Shown here in pieces: positions 38,227 through 47,625 of a DNA stretch of 64,000 nucleotides. Below the pieces are notes generated by a model. It made no database searches. It was given only the letters and a program-made list of their open reading frames with translations, and was not told the origin of the DNA. Source of the stretch: Candidatus Micrarchaeota archaeon (GTDB lineage: Archaea > Micrarchaeota > Micrarchaeia > Anstonellales > Bilamarchaeaceae). Made by a program: the position numbers and the translations under genes. Where the stretch lies: positions 17,604 through 81,603 of the forward strand of contig JBDRPL010000009.1 in assembly GCA_043827025.1 (NCBI GenBank). Direction: 5' to 3'. The stretch's first letter is position 1, and each line of letters opens with the position of its first letter.

Positions 38227-38994
38227 CTATACCAAACTAAACATTCCCTTCTTCTTTTCTATTACTTCCCCCTCTTCGCCAAGGAACCTTAAAATCACTG
38301 TGACAGCATCAGCTTCAAGATTGCACCTCTTTCCAATTCCAACAGCATCACAATCTCCTTCTCCAAGTGCCTTCTTTATCGCATTTGAGGTTTTTTCATA
38401 ATATGTTTTAGTGGCAGCGTAGAATTTCTGGTCAAATCCTTTGACTGCGAGTATACTAGATTTTTCACTCTTCATTTTCTGCGAGAACGCATATGCTTGG
38501 TTGCTGTCTGTTAGTATGAGGTAGCCTTTTTTTTTGAGTTCCAATACGAAATCCCCTGGCATCTCTGATTTTCTTTCTCCTTGTACAACAGGTTTTACTA
38601 GGGGTCCGTTTGTTTGTTGGCCTTTCACAAAATTGAAGATGTTGTCAGTTATATTATATACTCCATCAGGATATTTCTTGTTTTGGTAGACTGTTATGAG
38701 TTTCTTTGACAACAGTCCTGAAAGCGTCTTTCTTTCTGTGTCATTGAGCGTCTTGTCTATCTTTGGAGGGACCCTGTCTTCGAACTTAAATGCAAGCAAC
38801 TTCAATACTAATGTCTTTTCCTCATGGTTGAGAAGTACATCGCCTGTTTTTTGCTTTACTACTTCCACATTTCCAAGCCTTTTGCTTAGCAGATAAAACC
38901 CGTCCTTAAGTTTGAAAAATTCAACATCAGATCCAAGTTCATCTGGCAGTTCCAAGTAGTATTTGTTTTCTCTTTTCAGAACTCGGGTTTCCAT
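38227..38994 (-). CDS. Hypothetical protein (possible winged-helix C-terminus)
   Basis: 255-aa ORF upstream of and co-oriented with the HD gene. Confidence 0.6.
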   Translation of the reverse strand: METRVLKRENKYYLELPDELGSDVEFFKLKDGFYLLSKRLGNVEVVKQKTGDVLLNHEEKTLVLKLLAFKFEDRVPPKIDKTLNDTERKTLSGLLSKKLITVYQNKKYPDGVYNITDNIFNFVKGQQTNGPLVKPVVQGERKSEMPGDFVLELKKKGYLILTDSNQAYAFSQKMKSEKSSILAVKGFDQKFYAATKTYYEKTSNAIKKALGEGDCDAVGIGKRCNLEADAVTVILRFLGEEGEVIEKKKGMFSLV

Positions 38995-39075
38995 GTGATA
39001 TCTAGTATTCGTTGATAATTTTTAATACTATCTCTGGCCAAAGCTTTCGTTTAAAAAAAATAAAAAAAGATATGC

Positions 39076-39687
39076 TTATCCGGAGAGTCCTGGCATATCT
39101 CCTTCACAGCTGAGCATTATTGCTTCCTGAGTATCAGGATCATCATAGCCCTCCATCATCATGATGAGTTCTATGCCGAATATAGTTGTCTTTTTGTTTT
39201 CTGCATCTCCTCCCCTCATCATATTTATCACGGGGTTTGGAAGTGTGCATTTCTTGTATTTTCCAGCATATGCTTTTTGGTCTTCCATCTGTATGTTGTC
39301 AGCAGGGCCATATTGTACCTTGACCATGCATCCGTCACCTGATGGGCCTTCTATAGTGAAGTCCAACCCCTTATCTGGTTCTGTGACCTTTGCCTTTGAA
39401 CAGGCAAGTAAATTCTCATAGATGCAGTAATTTGCATTGATGTCGTTATCTGTTGTTGGCGGAACTGTTTTTTCATAGATCTTGCCGCAATCCGCGTATG
39501 TGGGTGCAGTTGTCACCGGCGTTGTCGTTACTGGGGGTGTTGTTTGTGTGCCATCTGTAGTGGTTGTTGTTTCCGTTGTTGCAGGTGCATTTTGATCTAT
39601 TGTGCTTGTGCTGGTACAGCCGCTGAGCATCAGCATCGCAATTATTAATCCTATCAAAAGGACCGACTTATTTTTTTGAAATTCCAT
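39076..39687 (-). CDS. Lipoprotein with Thr-rich linker and 6-Cys domain
   Basis: Lipobox LSGC; GGAGG SD. Confidence 0.75.
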   Translation of the reverse strand: MEFQKNKSVLLIGLIIAMLMLSGCTSTSTIDQNAPATTETTTTTDGTQTTPPVTTTPVTTAPTYADCGKIYEKTVPPTTDNDINANYCIYENLLACSKAKVTEPDKGLDFTIEGPSGDGCMVKVQYGPADNIQMEDQKAYAGKYKKCTLPNPVINMMRGGDAENKKTTIFGIELIMMMEGYDDPDTQEAIMLSCEGDMPGLSG

Positions 39688-39704
39688 TTTATCCCCTCCT
39701 TTCA

Positions 39705-40607
39705 TTATTTTTTGTGTAGGTATTCCTTCACCATTTCTTTTATACCTTCGGGTGTCTTCCTTGGCTTGAACTTCAGTTCTTTCTTTGCCTTTGCGCAGTT
39801 AAAAAACCTGTCGTTGGCAAGTATGTTCAGGTGCTCGGAAGTAAGGAATTGTTTTTTATTCATCAGCTTTTTTATCATGCCTTGTAATAGGAAAAGCGCT
39901 TTGGCGATTGCCACACTTGTTTTTTTCGGCTCCATCCTGATTCTCAGAGCTTTGCAAACCGCCTCATGTGTTTCTATTTGAGTTATCGGGTCAGCGCAAA
40001 CAACATAAACTCCTGGTTTTGCATTTACTGAGTTTGCGATTGCTCGTGCAACATCGTCCACATGCACAAACGGAAGATGGTTCTTTCCATCTCCAATTAT
40101 TGGCATCCTGCTCTTTGAAATATATTCAATCATCTTGAAATAATCTTCGAAACCAGGACCATATATCGTTCCAATCCTAAGCACCACATTTCCCTTGCCT
40201 TCCAAAACTTCCTGCTCGCTTGCATATTTGCTCTTTGCATATTCGCTGTCAGGTCTGCATCTTGTTTGTTCATTAGCAGGGAGTTCCGCAAGTTTTTTGC
40301 CATAGACTGATATGGAACCTGCATAGATTATCCGTGTTTTTTTCGGGTCAATGGAATCACAAATCCTTTTCGTCAATCCGTAATTCGCATGCCACAATTC
40401 TTTCTTGTCATTGAATTTCATGGAGCCTGCAAGATGTATCACTGCATTTGCGCCTTTGAAAGTCTGTTTCAAATCAAGATTCGAATCGCGAAGATTAACA
40501 GGAATGGCATTTGGAATCAACTTTAAGACTGTCTTTCCAAGCCTTCCCTTAGCGCCTGTTATGTATATCTTCAGGTTCTGTTTAGGTTTCAATATACTCA
40601 CTTTCAA
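39705..40607 (-). CDS. NAD-dependent epimerase/dehydratase (extended SDR)
   Basis: TGAKGRLG, HLAG, YAKSK, VHVDDVA. Confidence 0.9.
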   Translation of the reverse strand: MKVSILKPKQNLKIYITGAKGRLGKTVLKLIPNAIPVNLRDSNLDLKQTFKGANAVIHLAGSMKFNDKKELWHANYGLTKRICDSIDPKKTRIIYAGSISVYGKKLAELPANEQTRCRPDSEYAKSKYASEQEVLEGKGNVVLRIGTIYGPGFEDYFKMIEYISKSRMPIIGDGKNHLPFVHVDDVARAIANSVNAKPGVYVVCADPITQIETHEAVCKALRIRMEPKKTSVAIAKALFLLQGMIKKLMNKKQFLTSEHLNILANDRFFNCAKAKKELKFKPRKTPEGIKEMVKEYLHKK

Positions 40608-40647
40608 TTAGAATTAGAAAAAGGAAAGAATAAAGGGATTTCTATTG

Positions 40648-41016
40648 TCAGTTGAGTCCTGGGTATAACTTTTTATCAATCGGATTGCATTTTTTGCCCA
40701 ACTCGTCAAGGCCTTCCACTGCCCCTACGTTTACAATGCACATCTTGCCTAATTCATTGACCACAGGCATGCATTTCTTTCCCCATTCGTCAACGCCATC
40801 TACTTGGCCTGGGTTTACAGTGCATTTCTTGCCTGTGAGGATATCGATAGTCATCAATTTCTTTGATGCTGGCTGTACTGTTATTTTCGTGTCCCCTACA
40901 ACTGGCGTGACTTTCTTGGCAATAGTCGCCTTCCCAGAAGCAGATTCTCCTTGGATACATCCTGCAAGCAGTATTGCCATTGCCAAAAGTCCGATTATCA
41001 ATAGTTTGGTGTTCAT
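40648..41016 (-). CDS. Small lipoprotein with GKKC repeats
   Basis: Lipobox LAGC; four (D/N)ExGK[KM]C-type units. Confidence 0.65.
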   Translation of the reverse strand: MNTKLLIIGLLAMAILLAGCIQGESASGKATIAKKVTPVVGDTKITVQPASKKLMTIDILTGKKCTVNPGQVDGVDEWGKKCMPVVNELGKMCIVNVGAVEGLDELGKKCNPIDKKLYPGLN

Positions 41017-41228
41017 AATTATCTATTGATCCGGGCATGTTTTTATTGGTTTGGGTTATTGCGAATGGCATGGCGCAGGCAATTGGCATAATCGACAAAA
41101 AAGATTCAAAGCCAGTAATCAATAAGCTGAAAGCCATTGGATTTGATTAATCGAATAGCAGAACGAGTGAAAAAAGACGCGTATTTATAAACCTACAATT
41201 CCATATTTTCACCAATGATCGGTGATAC

Positions 41229-42053
41229 GTGATGGTAAGCCAGAAAACACTTATTTATGGTTCTGTTGCAATTGGCGTGCTGGGTTTTTTCCTTAGCCTC
41301 ATAAATGCTTCAGGCCCTAGTACAAACCCTCTTTTAGGGATGATAGGCGCAATATTTGCAGGGATGGGCGCGCTTTTTGCGGTAATTTTTGTAAAGTTTG
41401 GTTACATTGTGATACCTGCAATCACGAAAAGGACCGGCACTGTGGTTCAGTTTGAGAATTCCTATGAGATACCTCCTTCAGAGGATGTGGTTGTGAAGAA
41501 TGTTAATGGTGCATATTATGCCTCAGCATTCCTTAGCCTGGAGATATTTGAATCCGCCTCGGAAAAGTCCAATGAGCAGAATATCGCATACAATGAGTTT
41601 TTCGAAAGGGCAATTTCGAACCTGAAATATGTCACAAAAATCTCATACTTAGTGTATGTCGAAGATATCACAGAAGAAAGGAAAAGAATAGATACTAGGA
41701 GAGCAGAAGCCCAGCTTAGGCTCCAAAGAGAGAGGGAAAAGGGCGAACAGGACGTATTGAGGATCGACAAGTTTGAGAAAGAGATTTCGATGTTTGATGG
41801 CCAGCTTGACAAACTCATACGCGGTGAAAAGCCTATTGGTGTAATTGCAACAGCAATGACCTGCGCAGTTGGAGTTAGCAAGGATGCTGCAATTGCAAAT
41901 GTGAAGGCGCAGGCCAATGAACTTACGACTCTATTGTCAAATGCACTTAATGTGAAAGTGGAGCAGCTTACTGGAGACCAGATGCTGAAATGCTTTGAAT
42001 GGGAATCTTTCTTCCCTGCGAAACCGCAGGATTTACAGGATAACTTGGTGTAA
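41229..42053 (+). CDS. Two-TM protein resembling a stand-alone VirB4/TraC N-terminal region
   Basis: Two N-terminal TMs, alpha/beta core with coiled-coil insert; first gene of the ATPase operon (family call inferred). Confidence 0.5.
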   Translation: MMVSQKTLIYGSVAIGVLGFFLSLINASGPSTNPLLGMIGAIFAGMGALFAVIFVKFGYIVIPAITKRTGTVVQFENSYEIPPSEDVVVKNVNGAYYASAFLSLEIFESASEKSNEQNIAYNEFFERAISNLKYVTKISYLVYVEDITEERKRIDTRRAEAQLRLQREREKGEQDVLRIDKFEKEISMFDGQLDKLIRGEKPIGVIATAMTCAVGVSKDAAIANVKAQANELTTLLSNALNVKVEQLTGDQMLKCFEWESFFPAKPQDLQDNLV

Positions 42054-42056
42054 GAT

Positions 42057-43595
42057 ATGTTGGGCGGAAAATTGCATCTAAGCAAAATCAAGAACGTGGA
42101 TCTTGCAAGGAGGAATCTTCTTGTGCATCCTCCTGAGCCCCCTATAGAGATAGTGTTTCCCGACCCGCTCAATTCCGTTTATGTGGGAAGAACAAAGATA
42201 TTTAATGTTCCTTTTTACTGGTCCTATGAAAATGTTGCAAATCCGCACATTGCAGTGGTAGGTATCTCAGGTTCAGGTAAAAGTTATTTCATAAAAACCT
42301 TTCTTCTTAGGTCATCCTACGTATGGAATGCGAACGCACTTATAATCGATTGGGCTGGGGAGTATAAGGACTGGGTAAGGCAGACTGGCGGGAAAATCAT
42401 CTCTCTGGGAAAAGGCTCGTTTCTCAACCTTCTTGATCTTGGAGGCATGAAGCCGTATAATAGGATAAAACAGATAATGAGGACCCTTGGTATACTTACA
42501 GATATTGATCAATATCCTGAGCAAAAAAGGCTGACAGAACAGGCTTTGGAAAAAGCATACATAAAGGCAAAATACAAGATGGATCGGAATGACCAGAAGG
42601 ATGAGCTGGGAAAAGGCCTTACGCCCCCGACTTTAAGAGACGTTGTCAATGAACTGAAGGAGCAGGCGACTCTGGGCACATATGAATTCCCTGCTGAACT
42701 CGAGAATGCTATTTACAGATTAAAACAATTCACTAGAAGCGGAGAGGATTTCTTTGCGCAGCAGAGCACAGTTTCGCTTGATGAAATAACTACTTCCGGC
42801 CTTGTTGATCTTGATTTGTCTGGTTTGCCTGATGAAACCTTTAGGGCATTAGGCGCACTTACTATCCTACAGTTCCTTAAGGAGAAGATGAGGCTGACAG
42901 GATGGGAATCCAAAAAAGGAGTGAAATTTATAATCGTGCTTGATGAGGCTTGGAAAATAGCTGGTGATGAGAAGAGTGATGCAGTCATGATAATAAGAGA
43001 GGGCCGTAAATATAATTTCTGCATGATAGTGGCATCCCAAAATCCTACAGACATCAATGAGGCCATTTTTTCCAACGTTGGAACAACATTCATCTTGAAG
43101 ATAAAGTTCGATAAGTATCTGGATTATTTACAATCTACATTAAACTTCAGCAATTATATGCGAAATGCAATCTCGAAATTCGGTGTAGGGGAATGTGCAG
43201 TCAATATGGCCTTTACTACGCCCACCCAATATCCCCCAACATTCCTGATCAGTAAAATCGAAGGTGAAGAGCCTGCAGAGGAATATTTCCTTGACTTAGA
43301 ACTGGCACTTACTCCTGAGCAGAAGAAAAAGATGGAATTCAATACGAGGGTGGCATTCCTTAAGAAAGAGCTTACAAGGAAACTCGTGCAATATGGTTTG
43401 AATCTTGACAAGGTCAAAGAAACGATTTCTGCATTTGAGAAGGAGAAACGGCACCTAGGAGTAGTTAAATTTGTCATTATGCTTGAGAGGTATGGTATAG
43501 CAAGGCAAAACATCTCAAAGCTTCTGAAGGAATCAGGGCTTGACGATCGTGTAATAATCAGTATTTTTGCAAAAGCCAGAAGCGGAGGTGTCTGA
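42057..43595 (+). CDS. VirB4/HerA/FtsK-superfamily ATPase
   Basis: NPH..V.G.SGSGKS Walker A, IVLDEAW Walker B, IREGRKY arginine finger, ASQ. Confidence 0.88.
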   Translation: MLGGKLHLSKIKNVDLARRNLLVHPPEPPIEIVFPDPLNSVYVGRTKIFNVPFYWSYENVANPHIAVVGISGSGKSYFIKTFLLRSSYVWNANALIIDWAGEYKDWVRQTGGKIISLGKGSFLNLLDLGGMKPYNRIKQIMRTLGILTDIDQYPEQKRLTEQALEKAYIKAKYKMDRNDQKDELGKGLTPPTLRDVVNELKEQATLGTYEFPAELENAIYRLKQFTRSGEDFFAQQSTVSLDEITTSGLVDLDLSGLPDETFRALGALTILQFLKEKMRLTGWESKKGVKFIIVLDEAWKIAGDEKSDAVMIIREGRKYNFCMIVASQNPTDINEAIFSNVGTTFILKIKFDKYLDYLQSTLNFSNYMRNAISKFGVGECAVNMAFTTPTQYPPTFLISKIEGEEPAEEYFLDLELALTPEQKKKMEFNTRVAFLKKELTRKLVQYGLNLDKVKETISAFEKEKRHLGVVKFVIMLERYGIARQNISKLLKESGLDDRVIISIFAKARSGGV

Positions 43596-43596
43596 A

Positions 43597-43896
43597 TTGA
43601 CAAACAGCATAAAGATGCTCAAGGATGATTTCAGGAGACGGCTAAGAGCATATGGTCTTTCAGAAGAAAGGATGGAAGAGGCATCAAGGCTTTTTGAAAG
43701 GAACAATAGCCATGTGGATGTAATTTCATTTGTTCTCATGCTTGAGCGATTTGGAGTTTCAAGACGAGACATCCGCGATTTTCTCAAGGAAGCGGGCATA
43801 GATGACATCACACTTATAAATGTCTTTGGAAAAGTAGACATCAAGAAAAGCGATTTTTCCAGCAGTGGCATAACTCAGGTAGTCCTGGAGGATTGA
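43597..43896 (+). CDS. Small protein paralogous to the ATPase C-terminal domain
   Basis: GGAGGTG SD then TTG43597; aligns by eye with the last ~75 residues of the ATPase. Confidence 0.75.
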   Translation: MTNSIKMLKDDFRRRLRAYGLSEERMEEASRLFERNNSHVDVISFVLMLERFGVSRRDIRDFLKEAGIDDITLINVFGKVDIKKSDFSSSGITQVVLED

Positions 43897-44282
43897 ACAT
43901 GAAAGTCTGCATCATATGCGAAAAAGAAGTAAAAGGCTCGAATTCAGGGGCGAAGAAGGTAAAGATAGATGTGGTCATCAAAGCCATCAGGTCTATGAAG
44001 TCTTTTTTGAAGGTGGCAAAGAACAATGGACTGTATGTGTGCAAGAAAGATTTTGAGTCTTACAGGAAGAAAAGGGAGAAATTTGAAAGAGATATGGTGC
44101 TTGTTTCAGCCATTGCCGCGATAGTTGTATTAGTATTGATAGGAATCCCGCTTCTTTCAGGGCGACTCAATCTTCTTGATGTGTTTGCCTCTCTGTTCCT
44201 GGGGGTGCTTTTGCTTGCCTTTGGAGTTATCTTTAGATACACGCCTGCAATAGAAGGCGCAGGAAAAATCAAGGGTGTTTGA
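43893..44282 (+). CDS. Membrane protein with CxxC and two C-terminal TMs
   Basis: CIICE...VC, two hydrophobic helices; overlaps both neighbours. Confidence 0.7.
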   Translation: MNMKVCIICEKEVKGSNSGAKKVKIDVVIKAIRSMKSFLKVAKNNGLYVCKKDFESYRKKREKFERDMVLVSAIAAIVVLVLIGIPLLSGRLNLLDVFASLFLGVLLLAFGVIFRYTPAIEGAGKIKGV

Positions 44283-45015
44283 CATGGTTGACCAGAAAAG
44301 AATGGGGGAACCTTCAGTAGGCGGGTTCAAGATAAAAGGCGTGGTGCTGAAAAAATCTTTGAGTAACGTGGCCGAGATTTTGAGGACAGTTTCATTTTTG
44401 GAAGTTGCTCTTGGAACAGACAAGGTGAATGCAGCTTATGTAGAAAGTAAGGATATCAACAACAATCCTTATCTTTTTTCGATAATCCAGATAAGTAAGA
44501 ATGAAGTTGAAGTTATATATTCCATTACTCCTGAAATTTCTCCTGCTAAAAGAAAGATGGATGTGATAAGGTATTTCCTGAATATCCTCAGCCTTGTGGG
44601 CGAATATTATTCAGTGGACAATAAAGTAGTCTATCAGCTCATCGAAGAATCGCTCACTTCAATTGCAGAATCTGTGACTCTTGATTATTCTAAGCTTTAT
44701 ACCTCTTATGACAGCCTTAAGGCAGAGGCTGATACTCTCAGGAAGAAAAATGAGAGGATGAAGGATGAGATTCAGGCGCTGAACAATAGGAATTTTGAGC
44801 TCAAATCGAAAAATGATGAACTTTCGCTTGTGGTTAATGAATTTGAGGGGCTTTCAGATGAGGCGATTATGGCAAGGCTTCAGAATTGGGTGCTAGAGCA
44901 TGATGGTGAAGTGAATGTATATGAGTTCGCAAAGGTGAACAAGGTAATCGAGACAAGGGTAGAATCAGCACTGAACAAGCTCGTGAGCGAAGGTTACCTG
45001 GAGCTCCTGAAATAA
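44275..45015 (+). CDS. Coiled-coil protein with possible C-terminal winged helix
   Basis: Heptad region (~residues 140-190); L..L..EGYL end motif. Confidence 0.7.
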   Translation: MFDMVDQKRMGEPSVGGFKIKGVVLKKSLSNVAEILRTVSFLEVALGTDKVNAAYVESKDINNNPYLFSIIQISKNEVEVIYSITPEISPAKRKMDVIRYFLNILSLVGEYYSVDNKVVYQLIEESLTSIAESVTLDYSKLYTSYDSLKAEADTLRKKNERMKDEIQALNNRNFELKSKNDELSLVVNEFEGLSDEAIMARLQNWVLEHDGEVNVYEFAKVNKVIETRVESALNKLVSEGYLELLK

Positions 45016-45030
45016 ACTAGAAGGATTGCT

Positions 45031-47586
45031 ATGGTGGATGTTACAAAACTCAGGATTTCAAAGAAATCGTACAGGTTCGAGGTAAAGAAGAAATTCGAAA
45101 ATGCCCAAATCTACAAGCCAGTCAAACGCAGCCTAGGCGAGCAGTTGAAGAATTCACTTTCAAAGATGTTCAAGCCAAAGCCAAAGCCCAAAGCAGTAGT
45201 AGGTTTTATTACTCCACCCAGTGCCCATCATGGATTCAATTTCAAGCTTCTTTTTGGAGCAATAATCATTGCTTTCATTTTAGTATATGCCGGCTTTGCA
45301 TTTTATGTCCAGACAATCTCCTCTTTCAACGAGCCTGTTAAAGTCATTGTAAGGGGTTATTTTGATAGTTCCATTGTTGACAAGGGAATCATAACTGCAG
45401 GAGATAGGACTAATAGCAAAAACATAGGCTATGTCCGCCTTGACCATAAGTCCTCTAATATTGATAGTTATAGTGTTAACATCTCCGTTTATGATCAGTA
45501 TCTGCCATCTGAGATATTCGTACTTGACAGTGCAAGATATCAGGCAGATTCGTTTGATGAATTCTTTTTTGACCTTAAGAATGATCTCTATTCTATGGGG
45601 ATGCATGTGACCAAGATTTCGATAAAAGACCTCCATTCCATGCCTGCAGGCGCCATGATCATCGTACCTTCAGGCCAGATACCAGAGGAGTTCCTTGGGG
45701 ATTCAGGGCTTCTCAAAAGCCTTACTTCAAAAGGCTCAGTCATAATTTATATTGGAAACAACTTTGACCAAATGTTACGCACCTCTTCAGATGGCCAGGG
45801 CGTTGTTGTCAAGACTCCTGATGCCCTAAAAACAAACTCCGTAGGATTCACTGCCTCAAGGCCGACATGTTCTGGTCTTGGGCTATATGATTCATTATAT
45901 GATGTCAGAGGTTCATCTTCTCTTTATGGTTGTGTGAGCCTGATCAAATATGGCCAGGGTAACATATTATTCCTTCCTCAAACCCTTGATTCAGGATGGA
46001 TCTCTAATGGAAGCCCTGACCCAGCTCTTGCATCAAAAGACATATCCAAGATAATTTATGATGCTGCATGGCTGAAACCCTCTATTGAAAACAAATATTA
46101 TTATTTCAACAAATCAGAAGATGGTATTACTGATTTTTTCACCAATACTTTTGATGGTGATGATAAATATGTCCGCTTTGAGATACGAAGCTATTCAAGC
46201 AACATAATGTTCCTTGATGTGCGTACACTTCACCTTGCTAAGAATGTAAATGGGGATCTGACAACTGAAGGGGGATATATTGTTTCAGTAGAACAAACAG
46301 ATTCCAGAATCAGGATGCATGCCGACCTCAAGGATCCAAAGCCTGAAGAGAAACAACTCTATTTTGTTATCACAAAGAATGGTGAATTTGTTGGTGAAAG
46401 GACTCCATTTTCAAGAGGTCCTGTAAGTACGATAACTCCTGTTTCAGGAGATGTTTCAGTTGCCCTTGATTCCGGGGAATATATTGCAGAGCTTGTGGAT
46501 GACGAAAGTTATGTGTATGCGAAATCTTACCTCAAGGTCGTTTTTCTAGATATAGCGTACACAGGTACAAACAACCTGCGGACAATAGCTGGTTTCTCCA
46601 TTAAGAAAGATGGAAAGCCTTTCAAGGTGACAAGCGAGTTCAAGGTGAGTGCTGACAATGGAAAATTCGGCACATACACCTTTAAGGATGTTTCTGATGT
46701 GGAAGTTGATGTTTCCAAATATGTTCCTGACGGCCTTCCGAGTGGGGAGCATATATTTACATTTACCATAGGTAATGTGAAAAAAGATGTCACTGCCCAG
46801 ACCTTCGGAAGCGCGTGCGTTGGCATATTCTGCAAGGCGGAATTCATAATTGTTGTTGTTTTGGCAGTAGGAATATTCATTCTTGGATATTACTTTGCAA
46901 AGAAAGACAAGCCAATATATCAGATAGATATACCTGATTTCCCTCCTATTATCAGGAGCAAAGTTCCTCTTAGGACTTCAGAAGTGCTTGAGCTTTTCAA
47001 TAAGGTCAATGAGGATTACAAATGGAACCACAGCCCGCTTACGATTACTGAGTTCAAGGAAAGTTTCAAGACTATCTACCATGGAGGCATGTCATTGAAT
47101 ATAACTGATTTCAATGCAGAATATGTTCTTGATTCGCTTATTTCAAGAGGCCTCGTGAAGGAATGCCTTGATTATTATGCACCTTCTTCATGGGAACTGG
47201 CTTCTAAGAAAACAACTGTTTATCTTGCTATATTCAGGAAGATAAGGGATATTTGTGTTAATAATGCTGTTCCTTTCACCCGGATGGGTGAAGTGAAGTC
47301 CTGCGACACAAAAATTACTACGGTAGGCCAGGAAATGCTTGTCCATATCTGGTCCGAAAGCGGAGGCAGTTTACCTGCATTCTTTAAGAATCTCCTGAAG
47401 TCATCAAGGGATGGCATAAATCTTGTCATTTTCAAAGACATTGTCTCAAAAGAAGCGTTTTATTCATATCTGCTTTCGCCAAACCCGCCTATTCTTCTTG
47501 TGAAAATGGCTGTTGAGAACGGATCTATACAGTTGATGACTGTTGATGAGTTTGAGAAGATGGTCAAGGACTTGAAGTTCGTCTAG
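45031..47586 (+). CDS. Large membrane protein (two TMs enclosing a ~500-aa beta-rich domain)
   Basis: TM at ~73-92 and ~605-622; basic N-terminus; soluble C-terminal domain. Confidence 0.8.
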   Translation: MVDVTKLRISKKSYRFEVKKKFENAQIYKPVKRSLGEQLKNSLSKMFKPKPKPKAVVGFITPPSAHHGFNFKLLFGAIIIAFILVYAGFAFYVQTISSFNEPVKVIVRGYFDSSIVDKGIITAGDRTNSKNIGYVRLDHKSSNIDSYSVNISVYDQYLPSEIFVLDSARYQADSFDEFFFDLKNDLYSMGMHVTKISIKDLHSMPAGAMIIVPSGQIPEEFLGDSGLLKSLTSKGSVIIYIGNNFDQMLRTSSDGQGVVVKTPDALKTNSVGFTASRPTCSGLGLYDSLYDVRGSSSLYGCVSLIKYGQGNILFLPQTLDSGWISNGSPDPALASKDISKIIYDAAWLKPSIENKYYYFNKSEDGITDFFTNTFDGDDKYVRFEIRSYSSNIMFLDVRTLHLAKNVNGDLTTEGGYIVSVEQTDSRIRMHADLKDPKPEEKQLYFVITKNGEFVGERTPFSRGPVSTITPVSGDVSVALDSGEYIAELVDDESYVYAKSYLKVVFLDIAYTGTNNLRTIAGFSIKKDGKPFKVTSEFKVSADNGKFGTYTFKDVSDVEVDVSKYVPDGLPSGEHIFTFTIGNVKKDVTAQTFGSACVGIFCKAEFIIVVVLAVGIFILGYYFAKKDKPIYQIDIPDFPPIIRSKVPLRTSEVLELFNKVNEDYKWNHSPLTITEFKESFKTIYHGGMSLNITDFNAEYVLDSLISRGLVKECLDYYAPSSWELASKKTTVYLAIFRKIRDICVNNAVPFTRMGEVKSCDTKITTVGQEMLVHIWSESGGSLPAFFKNLLKSSRDGINLVIFKDIVSKEAFYSYLLSPNPPILLVKMAVENGSIQLMTVDEFEKMVKDLKFV

Positions 47587-47625
47587 ATATTAATTTTCAA
47601 AGAAAGAGGATATAAAAAAATTAAT

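Noticed and set aside
9344..43603. Long antisense ORFs (e.g. 9344..10060, 14697..15200, 27690..28283, 41516..42172, 43154..43603)
   Set aside because: Each lies opposite a well-supported gene and lacks recognisable motifs.
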